From Cladosporium halotolerans (lineage: Eukaryota): a DNA stretch of 64,000 bases. The stretch lies in assembly GCF_011745625.1 (NCBI RefSeq), contig NW_027191467.1:372001-436000 (forward strand), given 5' to 3'. Within the stretch, counting starts at the first letter, position 1, and each line of letters opens with the position of its first letter. The notes under the pieces are model-generated. The model was not told the DNA's origin. It saw only the letters and a program-made list of their open reading frames with translations, and did not search any database. Positions 24,211 to 37,038 of the stretch are shown piece after piece. A program made the translations under genes and the position numbers.

Positions 24211-25989
24211 ATGACCGCCAGCGAGGACGCCGTCCAGCCTGCGGGCCGTCTCCTGCTCATTTCTAACCGTCTTCCCATCACCATCAAGCGCTCCGATGAG
24301 GGTCACTACGACTTTTCGATGTCCTCTGGCGGCTTGGTCTCCGGTCTGAGTGGTCTTAGCAAGAACACCCAGTTCAAGTGGTACGGCTGGCCTGGCACCG
24401 CTCCTCCTGAGAATGAGATCGCGCACGTCAAGAAGAGGCTGTTGGACGAATACAATGCCGTGCCAATCTTCATGGATGAGGAGCTCAGCGATCGTCACTA
24501 CAACGGCTTCTCGAACTCAATTCTCTGGCCCCTCTTCCACTACCACCCCGGTGAGATCACCTTTGACGAGTCCGCCTGGGAGGGCTATGTCGAAGCCAAC
24601 CGGCTGTTTGCTCAGGAGATCGCGCGCGACGTCCAGGATAATGATCTCGTCTGGGTTCATGACTACCACCTCATGCTGCTGCCGGCGATGCTGCGTGAGG
24701 AGCTTGCCAAGGGCCCGAACAAGCGCAAGAATGTCAAGTTTGGCTACTTCCTGCACACGCCCTTCCCTTCCTCGGAGATCTACCGCATTCTTCCCGTCCG
24801 CAACGCCATCCTGGAGGGTGTCCTTCACTGCGATCTCATCGGCTTCCACACATACGACTACGCTCGTCACTTCTTGTCATCTTGCGCCCGCATCCTTGGT
24901 CTCGCCACCACACCCAACGGTGTCGAGTTCCAGGGCAAGTTGGTGACGGTCGGCGCTTTCCCTATCGGTATTGACCCGGAGAAGTTCTCACAGGGACTTC
25001 AGAAGCCCAACGTCGTTGAGCGTGTTGAGAGCCTGAAGAGGCGCTTTGAGAACGTCAAGATCATTGTTGGTGTCGACCGCCTCGACTACATCAAGGGCGT
25101 CCCTCAGAAGTTGCACGCTCTTGAAGTCTTCCTCACCGAGCACCCTGAGTGGATCGGCCGGGTTGTCCTTGTGCAAGTCGCTGTGCCTTCCCGTCAAGAC
25201 GTCGAGGAGTACCAGAATCTCCGCGCCGTCGTCAACGAGCTGGTTGGCCGCATCAACGGCAAATTCGGCACGATCGAGTTCACGCCTATTCACTTCCTGC
25301 ACAAGTCCGTGAACTTTGACGAGCTTATCGCACTCTACGCTGTCTCAGACGTCTGCCTGGTCTCCTCCACGCGCGACGGCATGAACCTCGTTTCTTACGA
25401 GTACATCGCTTGCCAGGAGAAGCGCCACGGCGTTATGATTCTTTCCGAGTTCGCTGGCGCCGCGCAGAGTCTGAACGGCTCCCTCATCGTCAACCCCTGG
25501 AACACCGAGGAGCTGGCCGATGCAATTCACGACTCGGTCACCATGGGCAGCGAGCAGCGTGCTGTCAACTACCAGAAGCTCGCCAAGTACGTCAACAAGT
25601 ATACCAGTGCTTGGTGGGGCGAGAGCTTCGTCAGCGAGCTCACTCGCATCTCCGAGCAAGCCGAGAAGAAGCTCAAGGTTCGCAAGCAGTCGCTGATGGA
25701 CCCTGCGAATACAAACGGCGATATGCCCGTCAACAAGCACGACCACAAGAGAGACGCGAGAGAAAAAGCATTGGTCGACGGAGCTGTGGCTAAGTAGGGA
25801 CTTTCCCACTTCAGCTGCAAAAGGCAGCATATATATTCTATTCATCTAGAGGGAGTTGAAAGTTACTAACATGGCCGGGGGTTTAGTGAATCAGCGGTCG
25901 ATGACTCCTCCGATGACGAGGACGACGGTCTGGTCATCAGGACCAACGCGCCGAAGGTTACCTTCTCCGAGCACGTTGACGCCCAGTAA
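24211..25989 (+). CDS. TPS1: Trehalose-6-phosphate synthase (GT20); terminal intron 25794-25886; possible upstream exon from 24039
   Basis: SNRLP, SSGGLVSGL, WVHDYHL, FLHTPFPS, GVDRLDYIKG and DGMNLV motifs; 3' intron GTAGGG..TACTAAC..TTTAG continues the frame to ..EHVDAQ*. Confidence 0.97.
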
Positions 25990-26573
25990 GCGCTTCACAA
26001 CGGAAGCGCCTGGACGACTCCGACGGCTCGGCACATAGATATTTGGGTTTTGCGGGTTTGTTGTACTTCTATTCGGGGGAGCGAGGCGAACACGAGGCGT
26101 TCGATGCCCCAGCGTCGGGAATGGGGTGTAGAGGATTTTCTTTTTGTGTTCTGATTATCTTGGTATGGAACGGGCTATGACACTGGCTGGCTGGGTAGAT
26201 TGGGAGGCGAGTAGCTAGTCGAGCGAAGGAAAAAGCAATGGCATCTCTCCTCACTCAACTGACCTGTCTCTTTCATTGTGTTTCGCTCAACCCTGTTCAG
26301 CAAACTCATAAAGTTTCGTTTTTATGCAACACAATGAATGCGAAGTGAGGTATAGAGATGATATGCCGCTAGTCCGAAAGAGGACGGACAGCACGTGCCA
26401 AGGCCGAACGTTTTGCGGCGAGCCTCCCAGAAGGGGAAGCAGAACCTCCGCCCAGGGCCATCGCAAGCCCAGCTTCACATCTTTGGGGGAATCGGCAGCA
26501 ATTGGCGCACTACCACCACGCCTCGCTCATCCTTTCGCGACAACATCCGCAACACACCAAGGCGCACCTCACA

Positions 26574-27669
26574 ATGAGCGCCCGCGCCTTCTCCCTGCCC
26601 ATCCGGGCCTTCTCCCGCCCTCAAATCGCCCAGCAAGCAGAGCGATACACCTGCAGAAGATGCCTGCACGCCTCGTCGCAACCGCGCGCCCAGGCCGAGG
26701 CCGCAGAGACCACAGATTCGCCAGCACCCACCAGCACATCCGACCCCTCTTACGAGCCTACCCTCACGTTCGCCCAGCGCGGCTACGCCCTCTCCAAGTC
26801 CGACCGCCTGGTCAAGCGAGTCCTGCCGCACAACGTCCGGCCGCAGTTGCTGCAGCACGTTGAACCCGCGATGCTGCAGGGGCGCGAGCGGGAGGCGGTC
26901 GAGAAGATGCACAAGCACCATGAGATTGTCGGCGTGGTTGTGCGGACGGGCAAGATGGACAAGACGGTTTCGGTCAGGGTTGCGGGGCAGAGGTATGAGC
27001 CTAGGATTGGCAAGGTACGTTTTATTCACAGGCCTCAAAAGCGAAATAGGAAGAGCCACGAACACAATCTAACACACATATCCCCAACAGTACTTCGCCG
27101 ACCACACGACCCACCTCGTCCACGACCCCAACAATTCCCTCGCGCAAGGCGACGTTGTCAGCCTGCACCGCCTGCGCGTCTCCTCCGCCGTCCACCACGT
27201 TGTCGCATCCATCGTGACCCCCTTCGGCACGCCCATCGCATCCCGCCCGCCCATCCCGAGCCCCGAAGAGCGCCTCGCAGCCTACAAAGCCGCGCGCCTG
27301 CCCAAACTCCACCGCCGCACGCTCCGCCGCGAAGCAGCCATGGGCTCCGCGGCCGCCATCGCGGAGCTGAAGGCGATGGGCCTGGACCCCGGCGCTGGTG
27401 TGGCGCCGGGCGCGGGCGAGACGGTGGGAACCGAGAAGGGCGCGGGCAAGAAGAGGACGCCGGCTAAGGGCGCGCTGCTGGGGAGTAAGGGGCAGAAGCT
27501 GCCCGAGGGCGTGTTGCCCGGGGGTAAGCATGAGGTGGGAAAAATTGATGCGCGGGCGAAGCATAATAAGGAGGCGACTGTTAAGAGGCAGGAGAAGGCG
27601 GGGGAGAATTTGAGGGAGGCGCAGGAGGTGCAGAAGGGGTTGGATGGGCAGGGATTGGAGGGACGATAG
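26574..27669 (+). CDS. Mitochondrial ribosomal protein uS17m, 2 exons
   Basis: Presequence; GVVVRTGKMDKTVSVRV..|..HLVHDPNNSLAQGDVV S17 motif across intron 27015-27090. Confidence 0.88.
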
Positions 27670-28089
27670 CTGCTCTGAAGAGTTGAGGAGGAGATGGGTT
27701 TTGTGAGGAAACGGAAAGACGATTGCATCTTGGAAACCTCTGGGATCGAGGCAGAGGCTCTTGTAAAATTATTAGGCATACATTGTAAGACGATCAGTTC
27801 TGAAGACACCAGGGGGCATGGACCGCTTCAATATGATGAGACTGCTCACGTGGACAGCAAGACAATCAACGACATTCTCACGGTTGTTTCCATTGGGGAA
27901 AATCAAAGGCAGCGAACCAGATTCGTCCTGAATGAACGGCAGTCGACCCAGGTTCTACAATCGTCTTAATATCCAACTCAGTGAGCATTCGAGAGGTCAA
28001 GCACGCAATCAAAGCTTGGAGAAGAACAGCAAAGCTGAGAATACATCGTAATACGGTCAATATTAACAATCACCTTTTCACGGCCAATC

Positions 28090-29350
28090 TCACTCCTGCA
28101 CCTTCAGCTTCAGATTACGATCCTTCAGAATTGCACCCGGCTCAGCAGGTAGCAGCGCGCCCTTGGGCGGCGTGTTCTTGGCCTTGAACGTGTCGCAGAT
28201 CTGCTCCATCGTCACCCACTCGACGCCCTCGAACTTGTTGATGTTCTCGATGTGACTGCACGGCCATCGTCAGCAGAGAATCGATCGCGAAGGAGAAATC
28301 GCTCAGCTTACCGCTCCAGCATCATCAAGCCGTGAGGGTGCCCACACACGTCAGGGTGGACGGTGACGGGGTACACGAAACCCTCCTCGTTCTCGCGGTA
28401 GAAGAACTTGAACCGGTCCATCCACATCTCCTCGACGTCGCGCGGGTTCACCCAGCCGTGGCTGTTGGGTGCTTTCTGTGCATCCCCTCGTCGTCAGCCC
28501 TCCATCAACCCTCCCAAGCCAAGCTCCGAAACATACCTTGATAAACATCATCGGCGGCAAATCGTCCGCATACCAGCTCGCGGGGATCTCACACAGCCCC
28601 GTCGTGGGCCCCGCTTCGAGCGGCTTCATCCAGTGGTCGGGGTGCTTGTCGTAGTCGATCGGGATCCACTTGTCGCCCGTCCGCAGCCAGTAGCACTGGC
28701 AGTCGTGGTGCGAGAACGAGTGGTCGTATTCGAGGCCGTATTTCAGCATCAGCTCCGCGCCTTCCTGCGACGATTCCCACCAGGGCGCCACGATGCCACG
28801 CGGCGGCTTGCCGTGCTGGAAGTCGGTGATGAGGTTGTAGCACTGGGGGCTGTTGTTAGCCTTGGAAGTCGGCTGAAGATGGAAGAGGAGAATACCTTGT
28901 CCATGATGGCCGTCTGCTGCTCGAGCGTCATGGCGATAGGGTTCTCGTGGCTGTAGCCGTGCAGGCCGATCTCGTGGCCCGCGTCTGCGATCATCCGGCA
29001 CTCTTCGGGGAAGGTCTCGAGCGAGTGGCCTGGGATGAACCAGGTCGTTTTGATGTTGTACCGCTCGAACATGGCCAGCAGGCGGCGTACGCCGATCGTG
29101 CCTGCGAAGAGGCCTGGATATCCGTGTCAGTCTCGGTGGAACGGGAACGCTTGGTGGTCTTGATGGAGGAAGTAGATACCGCGTGAGATATCGCTGGTGC
29201 TATCCTGGCCGCCATAGGAGCCCAGCCAGCCTGCTACGGCGTCTATGTCGACTGAAATGCAGCATTGGACCTCTGTGCGCAATGTCAGTCTGGGATCTTG
29301 TATCGGTGCTCGAGATGGTTTGTGTGATGTCGCTGACTTTTGTTGCCCAT
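28090..29350 (-). CDS. CE4 polysaccharide deacetylase (PuuE/HP0310-PgdA-like), multi-exon, no signal peptide
   Basis: Spliced motifs [55 protein letters not shown]. Confidence 0.9.
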
Positions 29351-29789
29351 CTTGTAAAAGTGTAATGTTTTGTTTAATATATCAATGTATAAGACGACTC
29401 GACAAGACAGACGAAAACGATCCAACAACAAACGATATTTATCGGGGGACAGGCAAGAGATAAATGCAGGTGTTGCCGGAAGTGGGGTTTTGGTGCTATC
29501 TCCACATGACGTCTGGAGCTGTGGAGGTGCTGATCGCTAGGCAATCTAACGAATCACACTATCGGAAGCTGAAACGTAATCGGAAAGTAGGAACAATAAT
29601 TGTTGTGTAATCGATCAAAAAGACATTATACATAAGGGATGCGGATCTATGGATTTAGTAATGTACGAAATAGCCCGTTCCTCCGAAGGTTCGAGGTGCA
29701 GCAGCAAGGTCTTCATCAACTCGCTCCCTCGTCACCACCGCTGCGTTGATCTTTTACAGTCAACGTCTAGTTATGGGGCTCGTCGAAGG

Positions 29790-30150
29790 CGCTGCTCTCG
29801 TAGATGGTGTATTGACGTCGTCGAAAAGGGTGGCGACGACCTCTTCAACGGTGGCCACAGTCTCGAACTCCACCTTCTTTGATGTGGCTGGAACCACGGC
29901 CGAGCCTCCATGCTGGCGGCCAGAGCGGCGAGTTTGTAGTCAAAGTCCTGAGCGGCGACGGCGTAGTCGTTCTCATTATAGGCGGTGGCCTTGATGGTGC
30001 AGGCAACCGGAGCTGGGACTCGGCGGTGTTGACGACGCAGCCGAAGTACTTGCTCTCAAGGTCGAAGTCGTTGGTAGTGCTGTCGGCATAGTTGGCAGTG
30101 ACGAATACATTGGGTAACATGGTGGGTTTGGCGGTGGGACTTGTGAAGAC
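29790..30150 (-). pseudogene. Frameshifted remnant of a fungal secreted/cell-surface protein domain
   Basis: FDLESKYFGCVVNT / APVACTIKATAY..AAQDFDY / KKVEFET..ATLFDDV read only by switching frames at least twice; no intact 5' end. Confidence 0.5.
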
Positions 30151-32305
30151 CAAATGATCGTTGTTGGATTGAGAGACTGAATGACTGCTGTGTTCGAGAA
30201 AAGACCATGCTGGCGGTCATCGAAGCTGCTTATATGCATCTTGGAAGGTGGAGCTACGAGGCGAGCAGACTCATGGTGAAACAGTGTTGTGATTCCGGTG
30301 TTCACATTCACTTAAGAGGTGTTCATTCTTTTGATACCCGTAGAAGCTTCTCAGGGAAAGGTGGTGTTTTTGCGAATTAGATGCAATGTCACGCATGGTA
30401 TACGAGTCTCGTTCATATAGTAGGCGTTCGCGCAACGGCTTCACATCTGCATGGCTTGCACTTGAATCACGTGGCAATTCGGATAATGCCTTCCCGAGTC
30501 TCTGCACAAGTATCAATACCGAACAAGCAAGCTGCCACTGGTAGCATTTTCTTTGGTACCCATCACGTGCAGCAAATCACTGCGGATATCATAGCCCCCA
30601 TGCAGGTTGTCTCCCCTGCGGACGAACAGACTTACCCAGCTGCAGAGACGAACGAATGGACCGAACGATTGACGGGTGGAAAATTGAGTCTGGACATCTC
30701 CACGAAACGCTTCGAGCGGCTGCGTGTGAGCACGGCATATTGTGTTCCATCGATGCAATCGAAAACCTTCAAACTTAGACAAAAGCCGACCCAGGAGGTG
30801 TGAGTAGAGCTTCACGCGACCTCTAATCCGAAGGTCGTGTTATCGGATGCTTTCGCGGTGACAGTAGCCCTTGGGTTATCCAGCACATCTTCACACTTCA
30901 GCTTCTAGCTTCGTTTGGGCGCTGGTGACAAGAGCAACTATCTTGAACCATTCGCTTGTAAGAAGACGGTATGACATTCCGGCGGTGTTGGACTTCCCAG
31001 TGCGACACAACAGGTTTGTCAAGCGTCCTCGCGCCACCCATGTGGAATACCTCCCTTCTACATCTGCCACCAACCAACACTACGGGCCACCGGGATTTCT
31101 ACTCTTGGGCATCTCTCATCATGTGTGTTAGCTCGTCACCCTCCTTCTCATGACCTCGTCACTCCAATCGGTCCATTCCGAGTAAAATCCGCTCGCCCTC
31201 CACTCCCACCAGGCACACTGTGGCTTGATGTAAGGGCTTGTCTCTGCGCCCTGATGGACCCAACATGTTCTCGCAATACAAAAGTGCTGAGTCGGTATCA
31301 ATGTACGATGCCCTTCTATCAGACGTGTGTCGTGCTTCCTAAAACGTTTGCACGGTCGCTGCGCCGCGAGTTTGTCGCCTTATTCCCTGGGAGACAAGGA
31401 CGCTTAGCCTCTCGCATCGATGCAGATGGCCGCGAGAAAGCTATGGTATTCTCTGATTCGTAGACGATTGGACTCACTGGTCTCAATGCCGCTCGATAAC
31501 GTTTTGCTTTCGCTCAAGCACGCAGCAGATGGGCTGCACTCTGGAATGTGACCTTCTGCCCGAGATTTCTTTACGTCTGAGTGGCTGCAAGATCTCGGTG
31601 GCTTCATAGTGCTAGAAAGGCGTGGTAGCTTTTTGAGTCCCTTCGTGGATCAGTATTCTGAGTCAATCTAGGAAGGGCTGATGCGTTACAGAAATGCCTG
31701 GAAGAAACTGAATGCATCTTGACATTTCAAAACTCCTGGTGTCAATGAGAACCTTCTGATTTGCGAAACCTTGCCAAGTGCCGGTTTCTCCTGTCCTTCT
31801 CCTTTCTGCCTTGAGGGCCCGACGAGCTCTTGAAGCATAGCGACAAAAAGAGCTCTGCCAATTCTCCACAGCCCAGATGGTCCTCATCCCAAACTCCGGG
31901 CTGGAATGATCAATCGCAGCCAACTGAAGGTGTCCATGGGCCCATCAAGACCCAACTTCAGCTTCAACATGCATCGCACGTGTTCGCGAGGGGATCACAA
32001 GCGTCCATCGTGCGTTGGCATCAGCGTATGCTTGATCAATAGTGGTGCATCGCATGTGCTATGCCAGCACATACGCTTGTACAGATGATCATAAACTCCA
32101 CTGCTTCCATCGCTTCTTTCTGTCTTCTCTTACACTTCGTCCAGCCTTCCTTTCACTGATCCACCACACCTTCTTGTTCCCAGATTCCTCGATACGATGC
32201 TTGGACTGAGTTGCGATCAGAACAAGTCCGGCATATCCTCCATTTCGGTGCAACTAATCTTCAAACTTGAGAAAGCTGCCGCTGGGACTTGCCCAGGTTA
32301 CCAGA

Positions 32306-33540
32306 ATGGTTCTTTACATCTTCTCTTATCTGCTGTGGATAGAGTTGAGCATTGCTTTTCCGGGCGACAGCACCCCAGGAACGAGAAGCACGAACCCTGG
32401 ATCGAGCAAGGCATCGGCAGGTGCCATATTGCCCAACACCTCCCTGATTACGAGTGGATCTTCGCCTTCACAAGTCCCGGAGAGTATCATTGCGAGCCTC
32501 GCTGGCGTTATTGCGAATCTTGAGTGGTCAATTCAAATGAGCGTCTGCGCAAAGACTGGCTCCGCTGCCAGTCAAAGATCTTCAACAACTGGCATCAATG
32601 AGGTGAAAAGTGCAGTGCCAAATGGCGGCCCTGCTTCGGAAATCGCGTCAAAGCTGAGCGAGAAGCTCGAAAAGTCAGACATGACGCTAGCAGAGATACC
32701 TTACCTCGCATCTGGACAAGGCAACGCCACTTCTATCTTCTGTGGTATCCGCGCCAATGCCTCCAGTTCATACGGCACACCAGTACCAGGATATCTGGTA
32801 GAGACTGTTGTCAACGATTTCTGCGCCACAGACCGCACTGTGACGTTCGACGTAGGTGGATATTGGAAGACGTACATGTTCACCGGCTACAACTACACCA
32901 GCCTTTATGTCGGCTTGGAGTTCGATGTGTCGAATGATTCATGCAGAGAGCACACTCACAAATTCTCAGGAGCAAAAGACAAGACGGATGTTGACTGCAA
33001 GGAGCGATTGATTGAAGAAGTTGTGGACAGATGTTAGTTCATTTCATATGTTTAACGGTGTGAAATCGCGCTAACTCTCTGGTGGCTCAGGTGATGACAA
33101 GGACGTTAAACCAAAGTGGGGTGGGATCAAAATTGACACTTGCGAATGTGAGTTTTCTCCCGAATTTCTAATGGCAAGAACAGTGCTGATAATGGTGGAA
33201 CACAGCGTGGGCCGTCTATCCTTTACCGATCAACCAATTTGCTACGGGAGGGTCGACCACTGTTCTCAAGCCGATTTATACCCTGTGCCCCGACAGCTCA
33301 TTGACGCCCCCAATCAGCTGGGTTCCGACAAGGACATTAGTTATCCTATTACCCCCAACACTTGGTCGGACAAGACACCGGTTTCGACTCCATCTTCGGG
33401 CACCGAGTTTGGAAGTTCTTCGCGGGGGCCTACAGCGAGTACGCCGAAGCAAACAACTACTCCTGGCTCGGCTTCACCACCAGTTCCGACTTCCAGTACC
33501 GAATCCGCAGTCTAAATTAACACCACATGCATCGGAATAG
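32306..33540 (+). CDS. Secreted Ser/Thr-rich protein with a Cys-rich domain (effector-like), 3 exons; 3' end uncertain (33515 or 33540)
   Basis: Signal-like MVLYIFSYLLWIELSIA; introns 33033-33090 and 33148-33205 give DFC..C..C..RC..WGG..TCESW. Confidence 0.7.
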
Positions 33541-33738
33541 AAGTTCTAGTAGTATGGGTGAAAAACTTTCTTGTCGTGTATGTGGAAGTCTCTGGTCAAC
33601 CGGCTGTTAGTGGCGCCAGGCTGGACCTGACCACAACATCAATCCCCCCCACGGAGGATAATTGAGTGACGGGAGACATTGTACCAATACTAATCGGATA
33701 TGAAATGTTATTACTCCATCAAGGGATGGAAACCCTCT

Positions 33739-35548
33739 TCAAACATCCTCCTTCGTCTCCACATGTCGCAATTCAGCCTTCTCCTCCAGCACACTGCCCT
33801 CCGCTTCGACATCCTGCTCGCCAACCTCGACAACTTTGTCGCCGAAAGCGGCAGCGATTTCCTCGAGAGTCTTGTGCCTCGTCTCCCTGCCTTTTCGTTA
33901 GCTTGTGTCCACGCCCTTGTACCCTTGACATGGCTAGAATATAACTGCGATCGCGATTGGGGCTCTAAGCGTTAGGGTTGGAATTCCATCAACTCACGGG
34001 AAGTAAAAGTATGCCAGCACCAGGAAGAAGAAAGCGCACGCGACGAAGACATAGTAGTAATTCTGCCGATTTGGTTAGTGTTTAACTTCAAATCAATGTG
34101 TGATTGTCGACACTCACCTCGCCGATGTTCGCAAAGGCCGTTGGGCCAGCTTCGGTGATGCCGACGTTGACGATGAAGTGTGATGCAGCCGCGAGACCCA
34201 TGACTTTTGAGCGAAGGGACATGGGAAGGACTTCGGCGCCGTAGCTGTGGAACGTCAGTCAGTATCGGGTATCTCAGTTTCGAGTGTTGGTTGAGGGTAG
34301 GCTTACAGCCAGGTGGTTGAGTTAAGCATGCCGTCTGTGATAATGTCAGCGATCACACCGCAGCCCGCACAGAGGAACATCAATACACACAGTAGGTGAT
34401 AACAAACAGATAAATTCCAAGCACAGCAAATCCTTTGCCGACCTTGTTGTCTGTGTTCTGAAACACTCGCTGCATTACTGCGGCGTAAATCTCGATCACC
34501 ACCACGCCAGACAATCCGGCGATGATCATCTTGCGCCTGCCCCACTGGTCGGTGAGGAATTTAGTCTTCGAAAGTCAGCAGGCACTCGTTCAGGCCATTC
34601 CGAAGTCGTGATACATACTGTGATGGCGTTCGACAAGAACGCGCAAGTCCCATAGACACCGGCGAGGGCGAGAATAGTCTTCTGGTCGATACCGAGCGAC
34701 TTGTAGAGGATCGTCTGGTAATACTGGATGACATTGACGCCAGTCAAGCTTGTCATCGTCTGCACGGCAATCGACACAAGTGCTCTGTGCCTGTACAGCC
34801 GGAACACTTCCTTGATGGACTTAATCTCGCGCATCATCTCATACTCAATCTGAGCTCGCATGAGCGCGAACTCCTCCTGTACTTCGTGGCTTGCTAGGTC
34901 ACGGTGGATGCGGACATATTCGATGCGAGCTTGCTCAATCTTTCCTTGCCTGATCAGTTGACGGGGTGAGTTAGGCATGAAGGTCGCGAGGCCGATGAAC
35001 ATGATAATACCCCAGGGAATCTGGATGCCCAATGGAAGACGCCACTGCAGAGCACCGTATGGTGCGTATCCGCAAGCCATGCCGACCCAATTGGACATCA
35101 TGGTACCGAAGGAGATGCCGCAGCCGGAGATACCACCGATGAGACCGCGATGACGAGAATCGGAGATCTCGCTGAGGTAGATTGGGACGGTTGAGACCAT
35201 GCCTCCGACTGCAGCACCGGCGATGGCGCGGCCAGCAAGGAACATGCCAATGTTGACGCTTGCGGTCTGAATGACGACTCCGATGGTGACGATGGTGCAG
35301 CAGAGCTGCATGAATCTGATGCGGCCGAGGCGGTCGCCGATAGCTGTTTGCACCAGAGCACCGACAGCCTCTCCTGCGATGTACACTGCAACCACCGCGC
35401 CGGTCAGGCCTTTCGAAGGATGACCCATATAGCTTATCCAGCTCTGATGGGCGATGGTAGTGGTAGCAATGCCTGTATCAAAGCCGAAAAGGAACGTGCC
35501 GATGGCAGCAAACAGGGCAATGCCAAACGTATACAAGACCGAACCCAT
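33739..35548 (-). CDS. MFS sugar porter (hexose/polyol transporter family), multi-exon
   Basis: FLFGFDTG, DRLGRIR, GRAIAG, PIYLSEIS, WRLPLGIQ, PNSPR, TGVNVIQYY and terminal ETRHKTLEEI motifs. Confidence 0.93.
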
Positions 35549-36381
35549 GGTGGGCAATTAGAGTGGCCGGAAATGCGAGGATGATAATAGACAGGTAACG
35601 CAATGGAAACAACCGCGAGTGAAAAGATCAGTGCAAGTGAGAGATTCCAGGACAAGAAAGCGTCCAATATATATGATCTGCAGAGGTATTCAGCTCCTCG
35701 CCTCGTGGCAACCCTCCTCTCCTCGACGCCCTTCGGAATGACTCCAGCTATACCCAGCAAATGCTGATGCCACGCGACCAGAGGCCGACATGAGCGGGGG
35801 AGTGAGACAGACAAACGAGGTATATGATCGGCCCGGACGGACATCTCGTTCGCTTAAGATGCATCTTCATGCCGGAATCAAGAGGCTCATTGGTGCCCGG
35901 AAAAGGCCCCACTATGTTCCTGGGGCACTTCTGCGGAGGATGTGATGGAGAGTTTGATGCTGCGTTTGGGCTCGGCGAAAAGAAGGCCGAAGCGGCGTGA
36001 GCTTGGATGGACTTCACTTTCGGCGACCGTGCTTGTGCCGACCTCGCTCAAGGGCCGAACGAGTGAAAATTGCCGCTGCTGGTCTTCATATCAGCGAGCA
36101 AATTTCAAACTGGTCTCATGCGATCTATCCCATGGTTGATGAGTAAGGGCGGAACAGCGAATAGCCTTTCCTCCATGAGCGCGGCCGAATTCCGTTCGCT
36201 GACCAAGATCCCTCCATCACGTTATCCGCGATGAATGCATATCAGATCGAGTCTCCCACTCCGTTCATCGTCTGTGAACCACTTGAAACGATAACCAAAT
36301 TTCTCATCGAACCTCAATCGCGTCATTGAATAATTGAACATCCGATAAAATCTAGTCTCTCCCTATCTCTTACCCACCACA

Positions 36382-37038
36382 ATGGCCGACCCAAGCCTCT
36401 ACACCTACCCTTCCCCTCTCAAAGGCTACGAAGATCTCCCGACTCTGCCTGAGTGAGTCGTGTCAACCGTGGTTTGAGGCTGCCGAACTAACCCTCAACT
36501 TTCAGCGAGAAAAATGACTCCGGACCCAACGCCAAATCCTACATAAACCCTCCCAGCGCCACCAAATCCTCCGCCTACACCCAGTTTCCCTCGCCGATAA
36601 CCAACGGCACCCGCGGCGGCTTCGACATCCACATCTACTTTCAGCAGACCTCTGAGTCCCAAACAACCTACGCCAAGCAACTGCACGAGCGCATTCGGCG
36701 CGAATTCCCCGAGCTGCGGGTCTACTCACTCTTCGAGCGGCCGATCGGCCCGCATCCGATCGGCATGTTCGAGGTGAACGTTTTCACGCCGGAGCAGTTT
36801 GGCGCGTTTGTGAGCTGGCTGGTGGTGTGGAGGGGTCCGTTGAGCGCGCTGGTGCATCCGAATACGGGCGAGGATTTGAGAGATCATAGTCAGAGGGCTA
36901 CTTGGTGAGTTTACAGTGGCTTATCTGCGTGCCATGCGTGGAAAAGGGGCATGGGATGATGCTGACTTGTATGATAGGCTGGGACAACCGTTTCCCTTGG
37001 ATCTTGGGCTGCTGAGGGAGTTGACGAGCAAGGCATGA
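36382..37038 (+). CDS. DOPA 4,5-dioxygenase family protein, 3 exons (absent from the ORF track)
   Basis: Spliced: ..GGFDIHIYF..LHERIRREFPELRVY..PIGPHP.GMFEV..GPLSALVHPNTG..RDH..ATW|LG..PLDL; introns ~36453-36505 and ~36905-36977. Confidence 0.9.
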
